A stretch of DNA of 63,801 bases, taken from Thecamonas trahens ATCC 50062. Taxonomy: Eukaryota; Protista; Apusomonadida. The stretch covers positions 263,096 through 326,896 of the forward strand of contig NW_013657638.1 in assembly GCF_000142905.1 (NCBI RefSeq). The letters are read 5' to 3'. Under the pieces are notes generated by a model. That model was given only the letters and a program-made list of their open reading frames with translations. It was not told where the DNA came from and searched no databases. This document shows, one piece after another, positions 20,578 to 33,753 of the stretch. Position 1 is the first letter of the stretch. Each line of letters opens with the position of its first letter. Position numbers and translations under genes: made by a program.

Positions 20578-21232
20578 ATGGCTACGGCACGCAAGTTTGG
20601 ACGGCTCATTGGACCTCGTCAGGCCATGATCCGCAACCTCATCACAGACCTTGTTCTCAACGACCGTATCAAGACAACTGCCGCCAAGGGTACGTATATC
20701 CACCAGGAGTGGGCTGGGTGTTGGGGAGGAGGGGGGTGGGCGGGATGGGAGGGAGAGGGGCTTCCGAGTGCGACTGACGCGACGTGAGCTGGTGGTATGT
20801 ATGGGCATGTATGGGCATGTATGGGCATGTATGTGTGTGTGTGTGTGTTTGTGTGCGGATACAGCACATACGCTGAAGCGGTATGCCGACAAGATGGTGT
20901 CTCTGGCAAAGAAGGATACTGTTGTGGCGCGTAAGCAGGCGCTCCGTGTCCTGCAGTCGCGTGAGGCCATGCACAAGCTGTTTGGTATCACCGCCCCGAG
21001 GCTCCGTGACCGACAGGGTGGCTACACGAGGGTGGTCAAGGCAGAGCGCCGGTTGAAGGATGCTGCGCCCATGGTCTTTATCGAGCTCATGGACATGCCT
21101 GGTCCCTTTATCCCGTATCCTACCTCGGGCGTCAAGGCTCGCCGTCGCGCAGAGTCCAAGGCCGAGGCTGCTCGCATCCGCCGTCGTCTCCAGGAGGACG
21201 CTGCTGCTGCTGCTGGCGCCTCTTCTCCCTAG
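20578..21232 (+). CDS. MRPL17: Mitochondrial ribosomal protein bL17; exons 20578-20689 and 20865-21232
   Basis: RKFGR...RQAMIRNLITDLV..DRIKTTAAKA..LKRYADKMVSLAK...KLF...APR..DRQGGYTRVVK...DAAPMVFIEL. Intron GTACGT...ACTGAC...ACAG at 20690-20864. Confidence 0.93.
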
Positions 21233-22400
21233 TCAACCCACCGATGGATGACCTGCTTGCCAGCGTCTGCATCGTTGTCATCGTCGTCGTCATTGTTGGG
21301 AAGGGAAACGTGGAGGAAATACATCTCTGTGGGATCGCCCCGTGAAGCAGCTGATCTGGGCAGAATGGGGGAGGGGGCACGGTACACCACGTATGTGCAG
21401 AGAGCGAGAGCAGAGAGGGAGGGAGAGAGAAAGAGAAAGAGAAAGAGAAAGAGCCGGCGATGTTGTCTCACCGTGCTCGTTGCCACCCTTCAGTTTCTCC
21501 TGGTCGAGGCATATCAGTCGAACAATCGAATCGAATGATAGTTGTTGTCAAGATAGCTGGATTTGGATTGATGCGCTCCCGGTTCCCTCCTCCGGGGGGA
21601 ACGCCCCCCCCCCCCCCTCCCCCCCTCCCACTACCACCACCATCATCATTCATGCATGCTCCAACCACGTGATAGAGTTCGCTGATTGACAGTCATTGCC
21701 TGTCTCTGGTGGTGGAGCCAAGCGTTTGCCGCCGTATCTGCCCAACTCGAAGAGCGGCGATGAGCGATGATGTTGAAGCGACCGAGGGTATCCAAGCGAT
21801 GATCATATAACACATACACAGAGATAGAGATAATGATCAGATATTTGATGCAAACGTAGTAATTATGTTTCTAGCCAAACTACCCCCGTCCCAAACTCCC
21901 TCGCAGCCTCTCATCGATGACCGTGGTAGAAGTAGACCTCACGCTGTTTCAACGGGTTCGGCGGTAGCATGGATTTGACACCGACCTCCACCACCACCAC
22001 CCTTTGTCCACTCGACGAGCAAGACAAGGGTTTACCCACCACCACCACCCTTCCCTCCTGCACCACTCCATACTTCTCTCACTCCCCCCCCCCTCCCCTC
22101 CCTACACCCCCCTCCCCCACCCACCCTCCCTCCCCACCCCTTCCTGCCTCTATTGGCACCACCCCAATATTCCATATCCCCAGACCGGTCCCTCGGTCTG
22201 TTGGTTGGTTCTTTGGAACAAAGAGGAGAGCCACCTACTCCCCCTCCCTCCCTGCTCCTCCCCCTCCACCCGTCCACCCCTCCCCCCCGCCTTCTTCCCT
22301 CATCCACCCCACACCCGCAACCGCACCTCTGTACCCACACCTATAACCAACCTATCCACCCCACCTACTTAGTGGTACTTGGAGGTGGTTAACCGTACTG

Positions 22401-22408
22401 TGGTGTGT

Positions 22409-22453
<45 letters not shown>

Positions 22454-22584
22454 TGTAGGAGGTACGGGNNNNNNNNNNNNNNNNNNNNNNNNNNNNNNNN
22501 NNNNNNNNNNNNNNNNNNNNNNNNNNNNNNNNNNNNNNNNNNNNNNNNNNNNNNNNNNNNNNNNNNNNNNNNNNNNNCGCACCT

Positions 22585-22641
<57 letters not shown>
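22401..22641. repeat. (GT)n microsatellites flanking an assembly gap (N at 22469-22577)
   Basis: Directly visible. Confidence 0.95.
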
Positions 22642-22643
<2 letters not shown>

Positions 22644-22750
22644 AGACGTTGACGGCTTTGCGGCTGGCAGTGCGACAAGACCGCAAAACGACGAGAGAGA
22701 GGACGAGATAGCGACAAGTGAGAAAGGAATACTACCTCTGGACTCCCCAC

Positions 22751-24304
22751 ATGGCAAGTGGCGCTCGTGACATGGAAGTAACGCCGTCTGGAGGATCTGG
22801 TATGGCTGGGACTCGCCATCCAACCCAACAACAACAGGTGGCTATGCAACATCTGCATCATATGCAACAAATGCAGCATGCTCTGCATCAGGCTCGGGTC
22901 ATGCAGCAGGCGGCGGCCTCGCGTGGCTTGTCCAACGGCATGGTCATGCCCTCGCTCCCGCTCCATCCATCCCTCCCTGTCATGGCTATGTCGGGCTCGG
23001 GTGGAAATGACGTGGGCCAGCAGCAGGGCCAGCCGCGGACCGAGTCGGAGCACTCGCGGCCCAACTCAGCCCGCGAGCGCTCGCCCTCGCGCGATGGCGC
23101 AGGTTCGGGCTCGGGCGCAGGCTCGCGTAAGGGCTCGGTCGGCGACACGCCCGGCGAGATCAAGCTCGCGCACCGTGCGACGGAGAAGAAGCGGCGGAAG
23201 CTGATCAAGGATACGATCAACCAGCTCCGCGAACTGGTGCCGGCACAGCCGGACGACCCCAACGACAAGCCGCGGATCAAGACCAAGGCGGAGATTCTGC
23301 TGGAGACAGTCGACTACGTGCGGGAGCTGCAGGCCAATGTGGCCCTGCTCCAGTCGCAGGTGCGTATGGCAGAGGACAACGCGGCGCGGCTGTTTTCGAC
23401 CAACTCGCGGTTCCTCAACCACATCCACGCCGTCCAGCAGGAGAACGAAAAGCTGCGAAAGCTGGTTCAGACTGTCCTCGACACCAATTCCATTGACAAG
23501 CTCCGTGAGTTTGTCGAACTGGGCCAGCCACAGCCGCAGCCGCAGCGTCCAGCTGCCGCAAGCGGCCTGGGCGGGCCCGCCGGCGAGGAGCCGGGGCCCG
23601 AGCCCAGGCCGGGCGTGGGCCACATCGGCCTCTCACTCATGACCCGCCGTGCGTCCGAGTCGTCGTCCGTCGCCCTCAGCGAGGGCGAGTTTACCCCGCG
23701 CAAGCGCAAGCGGCGCTTCGAGTCTGGCGAAGACGTGGCGTCGTCGCGCTCCTCGTCCAACCACTCGCCGCGGACGTCGCCCACCCCAGGCTCCAAGCCG
23801 GTAACCCCTGTCACCGAGACACCACCCATGGCAGTCGAGGGAGCCGTGCCCATGCCGTTTGGCGGACAGCGCCAGACCCACCAGGCCCGCCAGGTCCACT
23901 CGGCCGCCTCGTCGCCGCTGAGCCGCTCGGTGCCCATGGCATCGTCGGCCACCCTCATCAACGCTCTCACCGACTCGTTCAACGATCCTTTTTCCTCCAT
24001 TCTCGGCCCGTCCCGTTTTGACTCGCGCGGCGTGGGCTCGGGCGTCGCGGGCGGCCAAGCTTCAAGAGCCCCGCCCACAAGCCACGGCGCTGTCGGGCTT
24101 AGTGCCTCTCACGCCCATGCTCACTCTCGCCCACATGGCTCCGCTTCGCGCAGACCGCAGTCGCAGGACTTTTCTCTCTCCGCCAATGACCTCCCACACT
24201 CATTCGACCCCGAGACCGACGCCCTCGGCTATCTCAACCTCGGCTTTGATGACCTCGAAGTCATAGGCGGCGCTGACGACTTTCTCGTTGGCGACGACCT
24301 GTAA
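22751..24304 (+). CDS. bHLH-leucine zipper transcription factor (Max/Mlx/USF-like class B)
   Basis: AHRATEKKRRKLIKDTINQLRELVP...KTKAEILLETVDYVRELQ followed by a heptad zipper; Q-rich N-terminus and an RKRKRR NLS-like motif. Confidence 0.88.
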   Translation: MASGARDMEVTPSGGSGMAGTRHPTQQQQVAMQHLHHMQQMQHALHQARVMQQAAASRGLSNGMVMPSLPLHPSLPVMAMSGSGGNDVGQQQGQPRTESEHSRPNSARERSPSRDGAGSGSGAGSRKGSVGDTPGEIKLAHRATEKKRRKLIKDTINQLRELVPAQPDDPNDKPRIKTKAEILLETVDYVRELQANVALLQSQVRMAEDNAARLFSTNSRFLNHIHAVQQENEKLRKLVQTVLDTNSIDKLREFVELGQPQPQPQRPAAASGLGGPAGEEPGPEPRPGVGHIGLSLMTRRASESSSVALSEGEFTPRKRKRRFESGEDVASSRSSSNHSPRTSPTPGSKPVTPVTETPPMAVEGAVPMPFGGQRQTHQARQVHSAASSPLSRSVPMASSATLINALTDSFNDPFSSILGPSRFDSRGVGSGVAGGQASRAPPTSHGAVGLSASHAHAHSRPHGSASRRPQSQDFSLSANDLPHSFDPETDALGYLNLGFDDLEVIGGADDFLVGDDL

Positions 24305-24838
24305 TCTGGAAGTGAACGCGCCACTGAACGCGCGCACCAGCCCGTCATTGCACCGCATCGCACTGTGTCGCATCGCATCGCACTGGGTAGCACATCTCCT
24401 GAACACAGCACTCCATCGCGAGCCTTTTCCCATCCCCACCACGTCCAGCGCGCCGTCACTCGCGTATGTTGCGACGATGCCAAAGTAGATCGACAGATCC
24501 TTTTGTTTTGTACCATACCAGCACGCCAACAAAGCCAGATCAGTCACACACCAATTCCGTCCCCCCCCCCCCCCCCCCCCCCTCCAACGCAACTTCCCTC
24601 AGAGTGTTGCAACCAGCAGAACTAGCTGTGTGCCTTACCCGAGTCCCTGATCTACAAGCTTAGTCAATTGCCGTTCCCGCCATCGCACCAGCCAGTGTCA
24701 CCACCGACTGGTCAGCGCCAACCGAACGATCCGCCGCGAGCGACTCGGCCTCCCTGCCACGCCTCACCACCAACCCCCGAGCAGCTCCCGAGAGATCACC
24801 CACCGCTTGTCTCCAACCTCGCTCTGGACGTTCTCGAC

Positions 24839-27800
24839 ATGATGAAGCATTGTGTCCCTCCGCCAAGCACACCAGCCTGTTCACTGGCTACCCTCACCAC
24901 CGCTACGGGCGACCACGTCGTCTACCCGTCCTCAGGCTGTGTGGTGGTCCTTGACCCGAGGCTCTCGGTCAGCCATGTGACAACTACCAGGACTGGCTCT
25001 ACGTCACACGTGACTGGCGAGAGCGAATGGACCGAGGGCAAGCCAGGGGACGACACCGCAGACAGCCGTGATGAGCTATCCAGACCAGGAGCCAATTTAG
25101 ATCATGATGATCACAGAGCCATGCTCAGCCAGAGCACAATGGCAACATCATCGTCATGGTCACCGTCGCCATCGTCGTCATCGTCATCATTATCCTCGCT
25201 CTCTCCTCCGCTGATGGCTGTTCTGGGATTTGGCGTGTTTGCTACCGTCTCGCAAGAGCAAGGGCTCGTCATCCACAAGCTCAGTGGTGGCGGTAATGGC
25301 TTTGGCCGGGTGTGGACCGAAGAGCGTGTTGCGCTTGATCGGCGGCTGACGGAAGCGCCGGTAGCTATGACTGCAGCTGCGGCTGCGGCTGTGCCGACGT
25401 TGGCGTTGGCGTCAGCATCGTTGGTGGTTGTGGTTCATTTGGCGCGGCAGGAAGGCGGGAAGGCGGCTGTCGGCGTGCCGGTTCGATGCACGCCGCCGCC
25501 GTCGCGGGCGACGATGGCGCTCTCATCACTTGGCTCGTACCTGGCGTTTGCGCCCAAGGGTGGGCGGCAGGTGACGTTGGTGACAACGTCTACGGCGACG
25601 TCGACGGCGACACTTCCACTGGCGGACGCGAGCCTTGTCTCGCTCGCCTTTGCACCCGACCCGACGTCGTCTGCGCTGGCGCTGGCGTGCTCCGACGGCT
25701 CGATCCGTGTGGTGCGGCCGCATGTCTGCTCGACGACTCTGGCGCTCAATGTGTCGGTGGCGGCGATTGTGGACACAGGGCACCAACCGGCGCCGTCGAT
25801 GCTCTTCTGGGCACCGTCGCACCCTGCGCTCGCCTGCTACTCGGAGCTTGTGGCTGCCGAGCACGCCGCGGCGATTGGAGGTGAGCAGCGTGCGCCCGAG
25901 CCGCACTTTCCGTTTGGCACCAAGCGAGTTCACGTCCTTGGCGCAGTTTACGGCGCAAGGCTCATGCTGTGGTCGCTCACGGCGGCCGGAGCGGACGAGC
26001 TGGTGCGGACGCGGCGGGCGTTTGACGAGCCGATCCCTCTGCCGCTGGCTCCTGCGGCGGTGGCGCCCGGTTCGATCCACACCTACCCCGAGTCACCGGG
26101 CCACCTCTCGTTCTCGCTCCGGGTGTTTGGCGAGAACGGGCGACTGGCGTCGCTGCTGGTTGATCTCTCACCGTGCGTGGTGGCGCACCGGATGCATCCG
26201 AGCATCCGAGCGTGTGCCAGTGCCTCGCATGACGTTCGCAGCGGCGATCGGTACCCCATGCCGCTACCGCTCTATGACCCGACCGCGTTTCCGGTGAATC
26301 TTCCGGGCTGCGGCGACCACGTGCTGTGCGAGGCGTCGTCGTTTGTGCATGCCGGCCAGGCGTTGGCGGCGGTCTCGCCGACGCCGCACAACCTCAGCTG
26401 CCCGATCACTGGCGATCGAGTGCAACTGGTTGCGCTGGCGCGGAGCCGCCCGCTGGGCGTCACGCTGTGGCGGAGTGCCAAGCCGGGCCTTGTGGCCAAC
26501 ATGCTCGCTCCCGAGTCCAACAGCATCGGGCTGGAGTTTGTGACGTCTGTTCCGGTTTCGGCGCTTGCCTGGCTGCCGGCCTCCGCCAGCGACGATCCGA
26601 GCACCGCGCGGTTTGTGGGCCTTGGCCTTGACGGCGGGCTTGTGAGCGGTGCTGTGTGTCGAGCATTTGCGGTGCCTGCCGCTACGGTCTCGGTCACGTT
26701 GAGCGTTCTCGTTCCAGCGCCGCTCGAGCCGCCTGTTCCGGGGCCGCCGCTGGTTTTTGCGGCACTGACGCCGCAGAGCATGGATGGTGCGGTTGTTGTC
26801 GCCTGCGGCTCGCCGCACGGGACGCACCTGCTCGAGCTGGCTTTCGGCAGCGATGGGGAGGCCGTCGTGGAAGGAACCGGGTATGAGGCATGGCCGAGCC
26901 CCACACAGAGTGTGGGAGTCCCTCACTCGGCGCTGGCCTCGAGCTGTGCAACTAGCGCGTGTCCTGCGCCGGTGTACGAGCTTGCTGCACTCGGCGAGGC
27001 TGCTGAGGAAAAGGGCGGCGAGTGTGAGCCGCTATCGACGATCAAGCTTTGGCGGGTGGAGCGCGAGGGGGCGGCGCTGAGGCTCGAGGGCGTGGAGCTC
27101 TCGGCGCCGCTTGTGGTTGACGGCAGTGCAACAGCTGTGGAGCCGTCGCCCGACGGACTGCGTCTTGCTTTGCTGGGGCGCGGACCGAGATGGCCGTGCG
27201 TCTGGGAGGGCATATCTCAGCCCGGCAGATTTGTACAGGAGGGAATGGTCGAGCTCGCCGAAGTAGAGACCGAGGTGCGCGCGGCGCGGTGGTGGCCGGC
27301 GGCAGTCTCTGGGGCGCTGCCTGCTCTAGCCATTGCAGGCGACGGCGGGATGGCGGTGGTCAAGGCCGCAGCCTCGGGCGGAGTTGTCCGCGGCTTCAAG
27401 GTGGTGGCCGAGCTCGCTGGCGGGAGCTGGTGGCGCGCGGCAGGTGGCGCTACTGCGCGTGGGCTGGCCATGGCCGAAGACGGCGAGGTGTTTGTGGCGA
27501 TGGGCGGCGGCTCTGTGCTGGCAGGTCGCGTCGACGCCGCAACGCTCCTTGCTGCGCCGTCGCTCCCGGACTATCACCCGGACGTGCTGCATGCCCGGGT
27601 GTGCGGCGGTGAGTTTGAGCGTGTCGATGAGGTGCTGGAGCACGTGCTCGCGTTGGCGGGTGATCCTGCTGGGCAGCAGCGGTTAATGCGAAGCGTGTCG
27701 GACTTGGTGGCAGGCAGCGGCGAGTCGAGTGGTAGCCATGTGGCGGCGCAGGCCGCTGCTGTGGCGAGCGAGTCCGACTCGGAGTCTGGATCCGATGACT

Positions 27801-30800
27801 TTGCGCTGCCCGGGCTGATGGGCTCGCGGATGCCTGCGGCGTTTGGGGCAGACAGGAGTGGATCTGCGGCATTTGCGCCAGTTCTTGCGCCGACTATGGT
27901 CGTCGAGGACGAGCCCTCGCTGTACGAGCGGGTGGAGGCCGAGCTGATGCAGGTGGCGCTACCCGGGCTGAGTCCGCTCGACCAGCTCAAGCTTACAGCA
28001 CTTGTGTCTGCGCTGGGCAAGGCCGAGGGCTACGCGCGATCGCTTGACAACGCTGGGCGGCAGTATCTGCTCGCGCTGCGGCGGTTCCGGTTCCTCGCGG
28101 CGTCGACGGGCGGGCGGTCTGCGGAGCGGGCCTCGCAAGTGTCTGCGGCGGACGCGCTCTGGGCTACGGCGTCTCAGTGCCAGGAGCCACTGGTGGAGCA
28201 TGTGCTGAGCGAGGGTACACCTGTGGTGTGGCGGCACGTAGCGAGCGCTGGATTTGGGTGGTGGGTTGGCTCGCGATCGTTGCTGGAGCGCGGAGTGGAG
28301 GCTGTGGCCAAGGCCGAGTTTATTGTGGGCAAGGACCCGTCGCAGGCTGCGCTCTTCTACCTTGCGCTGGGCAAGAGTGGGGTGCTGATGGAGCTGTACA
28401 AGAACGCCAAGGGCGGCGACGAAGCGCACAACATGGCGATGGCCAAGTTTATGCAGCGCGACTTTGGCATGGCCAAACACGCCAAGGCGGCGTCGAAGAA
28501 CGCTTATGCACTGATGGGCAAGCAACGGTTTGCGTACGCGGCGGCGTTTTTGTGCTCGCCGGCCGGGTGAACGACGCGGTGGCGGTCATCCTCGATCGGC
28601 TCGGCGATCCGCAGCTTGCGCTCGTGGTTGTGCGGCTTGTGCACGGGTTTGGCTCGACGGAGGAAGCCGAGCTGCTGGCGCGACTGGCGAACAATGCTAC
28701 CGGTGACGCATGGCTTGGCCTGCTTGTGGCGCGTCTTCGGGGCAAGGTGGTCGAGTACCTGAGCGCCGGACCGCCGCCGGCATCGCTGCAGTGGATCCGG
28801 GGCTCGACGGCATGGCCGCAGGCGGTGGCGGCGTTGCTTGCGCAGCCGCCACTCTCGTTTCAGCCGAGCGCCGGACCTGCGGCACAGCCGTCGCAACTGA
28901 GGGCATGGACCGGTCTGATGTTTACGTACCTCGCGTCGGAGCGACCGGAGCTTGCAGCAGCAGCGGCCGGATGTGCACTGGCACTTGCGGAAGCAAGCGG
29001 CGCAGGTGCAGCAAACCGGCCCCCTACAGCGGCTTTGGGAGCAGCCGCGCCAGTGGCAGCAGCAGCAGCAGCAGGCAACGGGCCGCCACGTACCAACTAC
29101 GCGGCAATGATGTCGTTCTCGGACTCGTACTCTGACTCTGATGTTGACGACGGGGCGGGGATGGCGGAGGCGCGGACGTGTTGACTGGCGGCGGAAAGCT
29201 TGGAGTGTCGGAAGTGGCGTCGCGAGTGGCGGTGGCGGCTCTCGGCGGACTTCTTGCCGACTGGGTGACCGAGTGGATGGCCAGCAGCGGACACCGCGAG
29301 GTGGATGAGGCTCGAGTGGCAGAGCTTGCCAACGCAATGACTGCAGTGAGCGGAGTTGAGGCCTTCGACGGAGCGCTGGAGCGTGCGCGGCTCCTTGCGC
29401 GAGTGCATGGCAGTGTGGTGAAGAGAAGCCCGGACGAGAAGCTGACGACGGCGTGTTTGGTAGTCCGCGACCTCGTTGTGGCGCTGGAAGTGTGCACGCG
29501 CGATGGGCCGGCAGCAGTGGCCGGTGCGCATGTAGCGCGGGCGATGGACGAGTGTCTGCGCCTCGGCGAGGATCTGACAGGCGAGGGCGAGGCTGAGCAC
29601 GTGTGGGCGTTTGTACTGCACGCACTCGAAGTTGTGGGGCGGTCAATTGCGGTGTGCTGCGCGCTGGAGGTGGGTGCGCTTGCGGCCGCGGCAGATCTTG
29701 TGCACACGCCGCTGCCGGCGCTCGGCGGCGGCAGCAGTGGCGACGTGGCCGACAGTGTTGGAGCGGGCGGGCGGTGCCTGGCGGCGGTAGCGGTTGGCGG
29801 CGGAGGCGCGGCTGCTGTCGACGGCGGGCCGCGCGAGGTGCTGCGGATGCTCCTGGCGGCTGCGCATGCGGACGACATGGCGTCGGGGGTGACGAGTGCG
29901 ATCCGTGGTGCGGCCGGGCTCAAGGTGTCCGAGGCGAGTCTGAGCACTGTGCTGGGCCTCAAGAAGCTGGAGAGCCGTGCAGTGCACATTGTCGGTGAGT
30001 GGGCAAGGAGAGTAACGGAGCGCGGACTTGCGGAGCGCGATCGATTCGAGCTCGGGGCTGAGTCATATGTGGATGGGCATGGCGGCTCTGAGGTCGGGCT
30101 CGGCAAGTATCTTGGCTCTGTGGCCGCGCTTCACTTTTCGGACCAGGATGAGCGGCAGGCGTGGGTGCGTATGATGCAGATGCCCGGGTCAGACGGAGTG
30201 GTGTGGCGGGCGCTCGGGCTCGGGACCAGCGGCGGGCTGGGAGGTGGGGCCGGCGAGAGGCTTGTGGCTGGTGCGCCGGAGACCGGGCCCAAAGCTGTGG
30301 TGGGGCTCGCCATGATCGAGAGCGCGGGAGCGGTGCTTGTGGCGCGTGCGGGCTCTGTGGAGGTGGTGCAGATGGAAGAAGCCGCGGCGGGAGCGAGGGG
30401 GACGGCGGACAAGTCACTGGTGTCGTCGCCGTTTTCGGCGCACGCGATGTACGGGCGGCCACGTGCAGCTACGGTGTCTGTTGCATCACCGCTTGCAGGC
30501 GCAGTGTCGAGCGTGTCGTGTGTTGGTGTCTCGCCGTGCTCGCGGTACGTGGTAGTGTGCGACAAGGACGGTGGCGTGGGCGTGTGGCAACTGGGGCGAG
30601 GCCTGGAGGCCGGACAGTTGCAGACGCCTGTGGCGAGCGGTGCGCGTGGGGTTGTTGCGGTGAGCTTCTCGCCGAGCGGGGCGAAGTTTGCGACGCTTGA
30701 TGAGAGCGGGTTGCTCTCTGTTTACCGTGTTGTGGTGCAGATGGCGGTGAGTGCGTCGTCCGCGGTCCGGGTAGCGCCTGTGGTCAAGCTCTGCACGCGA

Positions 30801-31478
30801 GTCCGGGCGCACGAGCGGATGGACGGGACCGGCAGCGGCGGGCTTGCGTTTCTTGGGAGCGAGACGGTGGTGGCGACGACCGGGCCAGACTCGCGGGCAT
30901 CGATCAAGTTCTGGGACCTGCTGCTGGACATGGAGAGCGGGCCGGCGTCGCAGGTGTGCGTGATGGGCGCTGTAGACGGGGTGCCACCTGAGGCGGCGTC
31001 GCCTCGGCGCAAGACGCGCGATGTGTCTGGCGGCGGAACGTGCATGGTTTACTCTGGCGCGGCACACATGCTGATTGTGGGGACGCGTAAGGGTCAGCTA
31101 GTGAGTGTGCGTGGGCGCGAACGGCTGGAGAAGGATCTTGTGCGGGCGCATCCGTCGAGTTCTGTGTCTGGCTCCGAGGCGAGAGTGACGGCGCTCGGAC
31201 TTGATGAGAGCGGCGAGCTGGCTGTGGCCGGGCTCGGCAGCGGCGGGCTTGTGGTGCGGAGGGTGCGAAGTTTGGAGGTTGTTGCGGTTCTGGATGGTGT
31301 GCACACCCGGAGCCGTGCGCTGTTCAAAGCTGCGGCGGTGCGGAGCGTGGTTGTACTTGGGCATGGCGGTAGCGCTGGCGAACGCGAGGGCGTCGCGGAG
31401 GAACAAGGACTGGCTGTGATGAGCGGCGGCGACGACGGACGGGTGGTGAAGAGCTGGATGGTTAGTCGGGGCCAGTGA
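24839..31478 (+). CDS. RAV1: RAV1/DMXL (rabconnectin-3 alpha) V-ATPase assembly factor; frameshifts near 28549 and 29158
   Basis: Rav1_C motifs LPDYHP, LPGLSPLDQLKL, SLDNAGRQYL, WATASQCQEPL, GFGWWV, KDPSQAALFYLALGK and KAASKNAYALMGKQRFAYAAAF(F)VLAG...DAVAV...LGDPQLALVVVRL; WD repeats at both ends. Confidence 0.88.
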
Positions 31479-31514
31479 ACCAGAGGAGCGTTTAGCGGTG
31501 GAGGAAAGGTACAG

Positions 31515-33176
31515 CTAGTCGAGGCCAAACTTGCGCTCGCACGAGGTGAGCGAGAGGGCAAAGGCCTGGAAGGGCGAGAGCGGATACTGAAAGTCACAGA
31601 TGAAGCACGCGTTCTTACGATCGTTCTTTGCGCCAGCGCGACCAAACTGGAGGACAATGGCGTCAGGATTGTCAGCGAGGATCATCTGGAAGTTCTTGAC
31701 CGAGGCGGCGGAGACGCGGCGGTTAAAGTTGAGGCAGAAGGAGCCGAGGTTCTTGTTGAAGGTGGGCATCTTGTTCTCGAGGACGATTGTGTCGTGGACG
31801 TCGCCGCGGCGGTAACGGGCAAGGAGCGAGGCCTCTTTGGTGAGGGCGACCCAGCGGCCGGGGCTCTCCTGGGAGGGGACGACGCGAGGAAGGATGGCGC
31901 GCATCTGGCGCGGGCCCTTGCGGCCGGCGATGTTCTTGAGGTAGGCGATGGCACCGAGCTCTGCGCGGATGTCGTCGTCGCCGGCAGCGTCGTTATCGGG
32001 CGAGTCACCGTCGTCGTAGAGGACAAACTCGGTGCCGGCAAAGTTTGCGCGGACCTTGCCGAGGTAGGCTGCGGAGGAGCGGTCGAGCTCCTCGCGCGAC
32101 ATGGAGACGAGGTAGTTTGCGGCCTTGGACTTTTTGCGCTTACGGGCGGCCATGAGGAAGCGCTCGGGCGAGCCGTCATCGGTCTCGAGGTAGAGGTAGA
32201 AGCGCGGGAAGAAGCGGGCGGTGCCAGAGCGCTCGCGGTATACCTTGCACTTGAAGATGTGTCCGGGCGGGACAGGGCGCATGAGGAAGGAGCGCACGTC
32301 GGTCCAGTCGACGAGGTCTGCAGGCGAAGCAGCAGGCGTTGCCTGAGCGGCGGACGATCCCGCGGGCGAATCGAGGTCAACCGGGATGGCGTCTGGGTCA
32401 GAGGACGGCGGCGGCGGGGCCGGATGCGGCGAGGTCTGGACCGAAGCGAGATGATCGGCGTCTGCCGACTCTGAGTCTGACGAGATGCCAAAGTTGTAGC
32501 CGGCGCCGGCAAAGTTGACGGCGCCCGCATGCGGGTCTTCCGACGCCGAGTCCGAGGTCGAGCCTGAGGACGAGATGTCGAGGCCGTACGTGGGGTTGGC
32601 GATGACACCGCCGTCTGCTGCGGCAGCGGTGAGGGCAGCGGCATGGGCCGACGACTCGGGTCCGAGATCGGGCTGATCACGGGCGACCTTGCCCTTGGGG
32701 TTCGAAAAGACCAGCGGCTCTGCATGGGCAGATGCGCCATCATGCGTAGGTGTACCAGCCCTCCGTGCGGCTCTTGCACCGGTAACCGACGAGCGCCTGC
32801 GCCTGCGACGACGGCGACCCGACTTGTGCCCGGCCTCGTCATCCGTCTGCTGCGCGGGCTGAGTCTCTGCAGCAGAGAGATCAAAGATGGAGGTAGCTGC
32901 CGGAGGAGGACGGTCACCCACAGGATCATTAGCAGCGGATGATGACGAGGTGGCGGTGGCGGCGGAGCTCGGCGGGTCAGCCGATTGCTGGAAGAAGGCA
33001 GTGGCGGAAGACGAGGAAGCAGCGGAGCGAGGACCAAGACCACCACCCATACCTGTTGAAGCCAGACCTCCAAACGATCGAAGACGAGCTTCACGCTTCC
33101 GTTGCTCCGAAGCGTACATGTCGCTCTCTGTAGACGGCGGCTTGTTCATATTGTGGCGGGTCGAGGGTTTGAGCAT
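31515..33176 (-). CDS. Tubby-family protein
   Basis: FLMRPVP, FLMAARKRKKSK..NYLVS, YLGKVRANFAGTEF, KGPRQM, LENKMP, FCLNF..RV..ASVKNFQ, LQFGR, DFQYPLSPFQAFALSL. Start uncertain. Confidence 0.93.
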   Translation of the reverse strand: MLKPSTRHNMNKPPSTESDMYASEQRKREARLRSFGGLASTGMGGGLGPRSAASSSSATAFFQQSADPPSSAATATSSSSAANDPVGDRPPPAATSIFDLSAAETQPAQQTDDEAGHKSGRRRRRRRRSSVTGARAARRAGTPTHDGASAHAEPLVFSNPKGKVARDQPDLGPESSAHAAALTAAAADGGVIANPTYGLDISSSGSTSDSASEDPHAGAVNFAGAGYNFGISSDSESADADHLASVQTSPHPAPPPPSSDPDAIPVDLDSPAGSSAAQATPAASPADLVDWTDVRSFLMRPVPPGHIFKCKVYRERSGTARFFPRFYLYLETDDGSPERFLMAARKRKKSKAANYLVSMSREELDRSSAAYLGKVRANFAGTEFVLYDDGDSPDNDAAGDDDIRAELGAIAYLKNIAGRKGPRQMRAILPRVVPSQESPGRWVALTKEASLLARYRRGDVHDTIVLENKMPTFNKNLGSFCLNFNRRVSAASVKNFQMILADNPDAIVLQFGRAGAKNDRKNACFICDFQYPLSPFQAFALSLTSCERKFGLD

Positions 33177-33753
33177 GTAGCGGGGAGGGGGGGGGGGGGG
33201 GGGTAGGGGGTAGGGGGAGGCGGATGGTGTGGGGGGGGGGGGGAAAGGGAGAGAGAGAGAGGGAGGGAGGGAAAGAGTTGTGTGTACGCGTGTATGTGGA
33301 TGGGTGTGGCTGTGGTTGTGATGGAAGTGGTGTAGTTGTAGTTGGGGCCAGGGAGGCGAGGCGAGGCGAGGCGAGGCGGCGCATCGGGAGAACATGACTT
33401 GGGCGGAAAGGGCGCCATGGCAAGGGGAAAAAGTTTGATTCTGGTGGGGGTGGGTGGGTGGGTGGGTGGGTGGGTGGGTGGGTGGGTGGTGTAAATATTT
33501 TTGTCGCGGGTATTGGCGGGTGCGCAAATTGGCTCGGTTGTGCTAGATTGCGGGGCTTCACGAGCGTTCGACAGGAAGGATTGACATGTTCGGGAACACG
33601 AGGAAAAAAGGAAACGTGGTGTTCGTTTGCTGTCAGTCTTTGGATTTGGCCGGCGGCAGAAAGTGAAGGTGCGGGTAAGAGGCCGGTCTGTATCACTCAA
33701 CTTGAAAAACAAAGCAACGGTGTGGTCTACAACCGTGCTCAAGCCAGACAAGT

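Noticed and set aside
22462-22670. Possible upstream intron or exon of the bHLH gene (GTACGG...GTTGAC...GGCAG)
   Set aside because: It spans an assembly gap and the signals deviate from the consensus, so it cannot be resolved.
22369-22823. Poly-HT/VC ORFs (also near 38200, 41100 and 61500)
   Set aside because: They are translations of (GT)n/(CA)n microsatellites.
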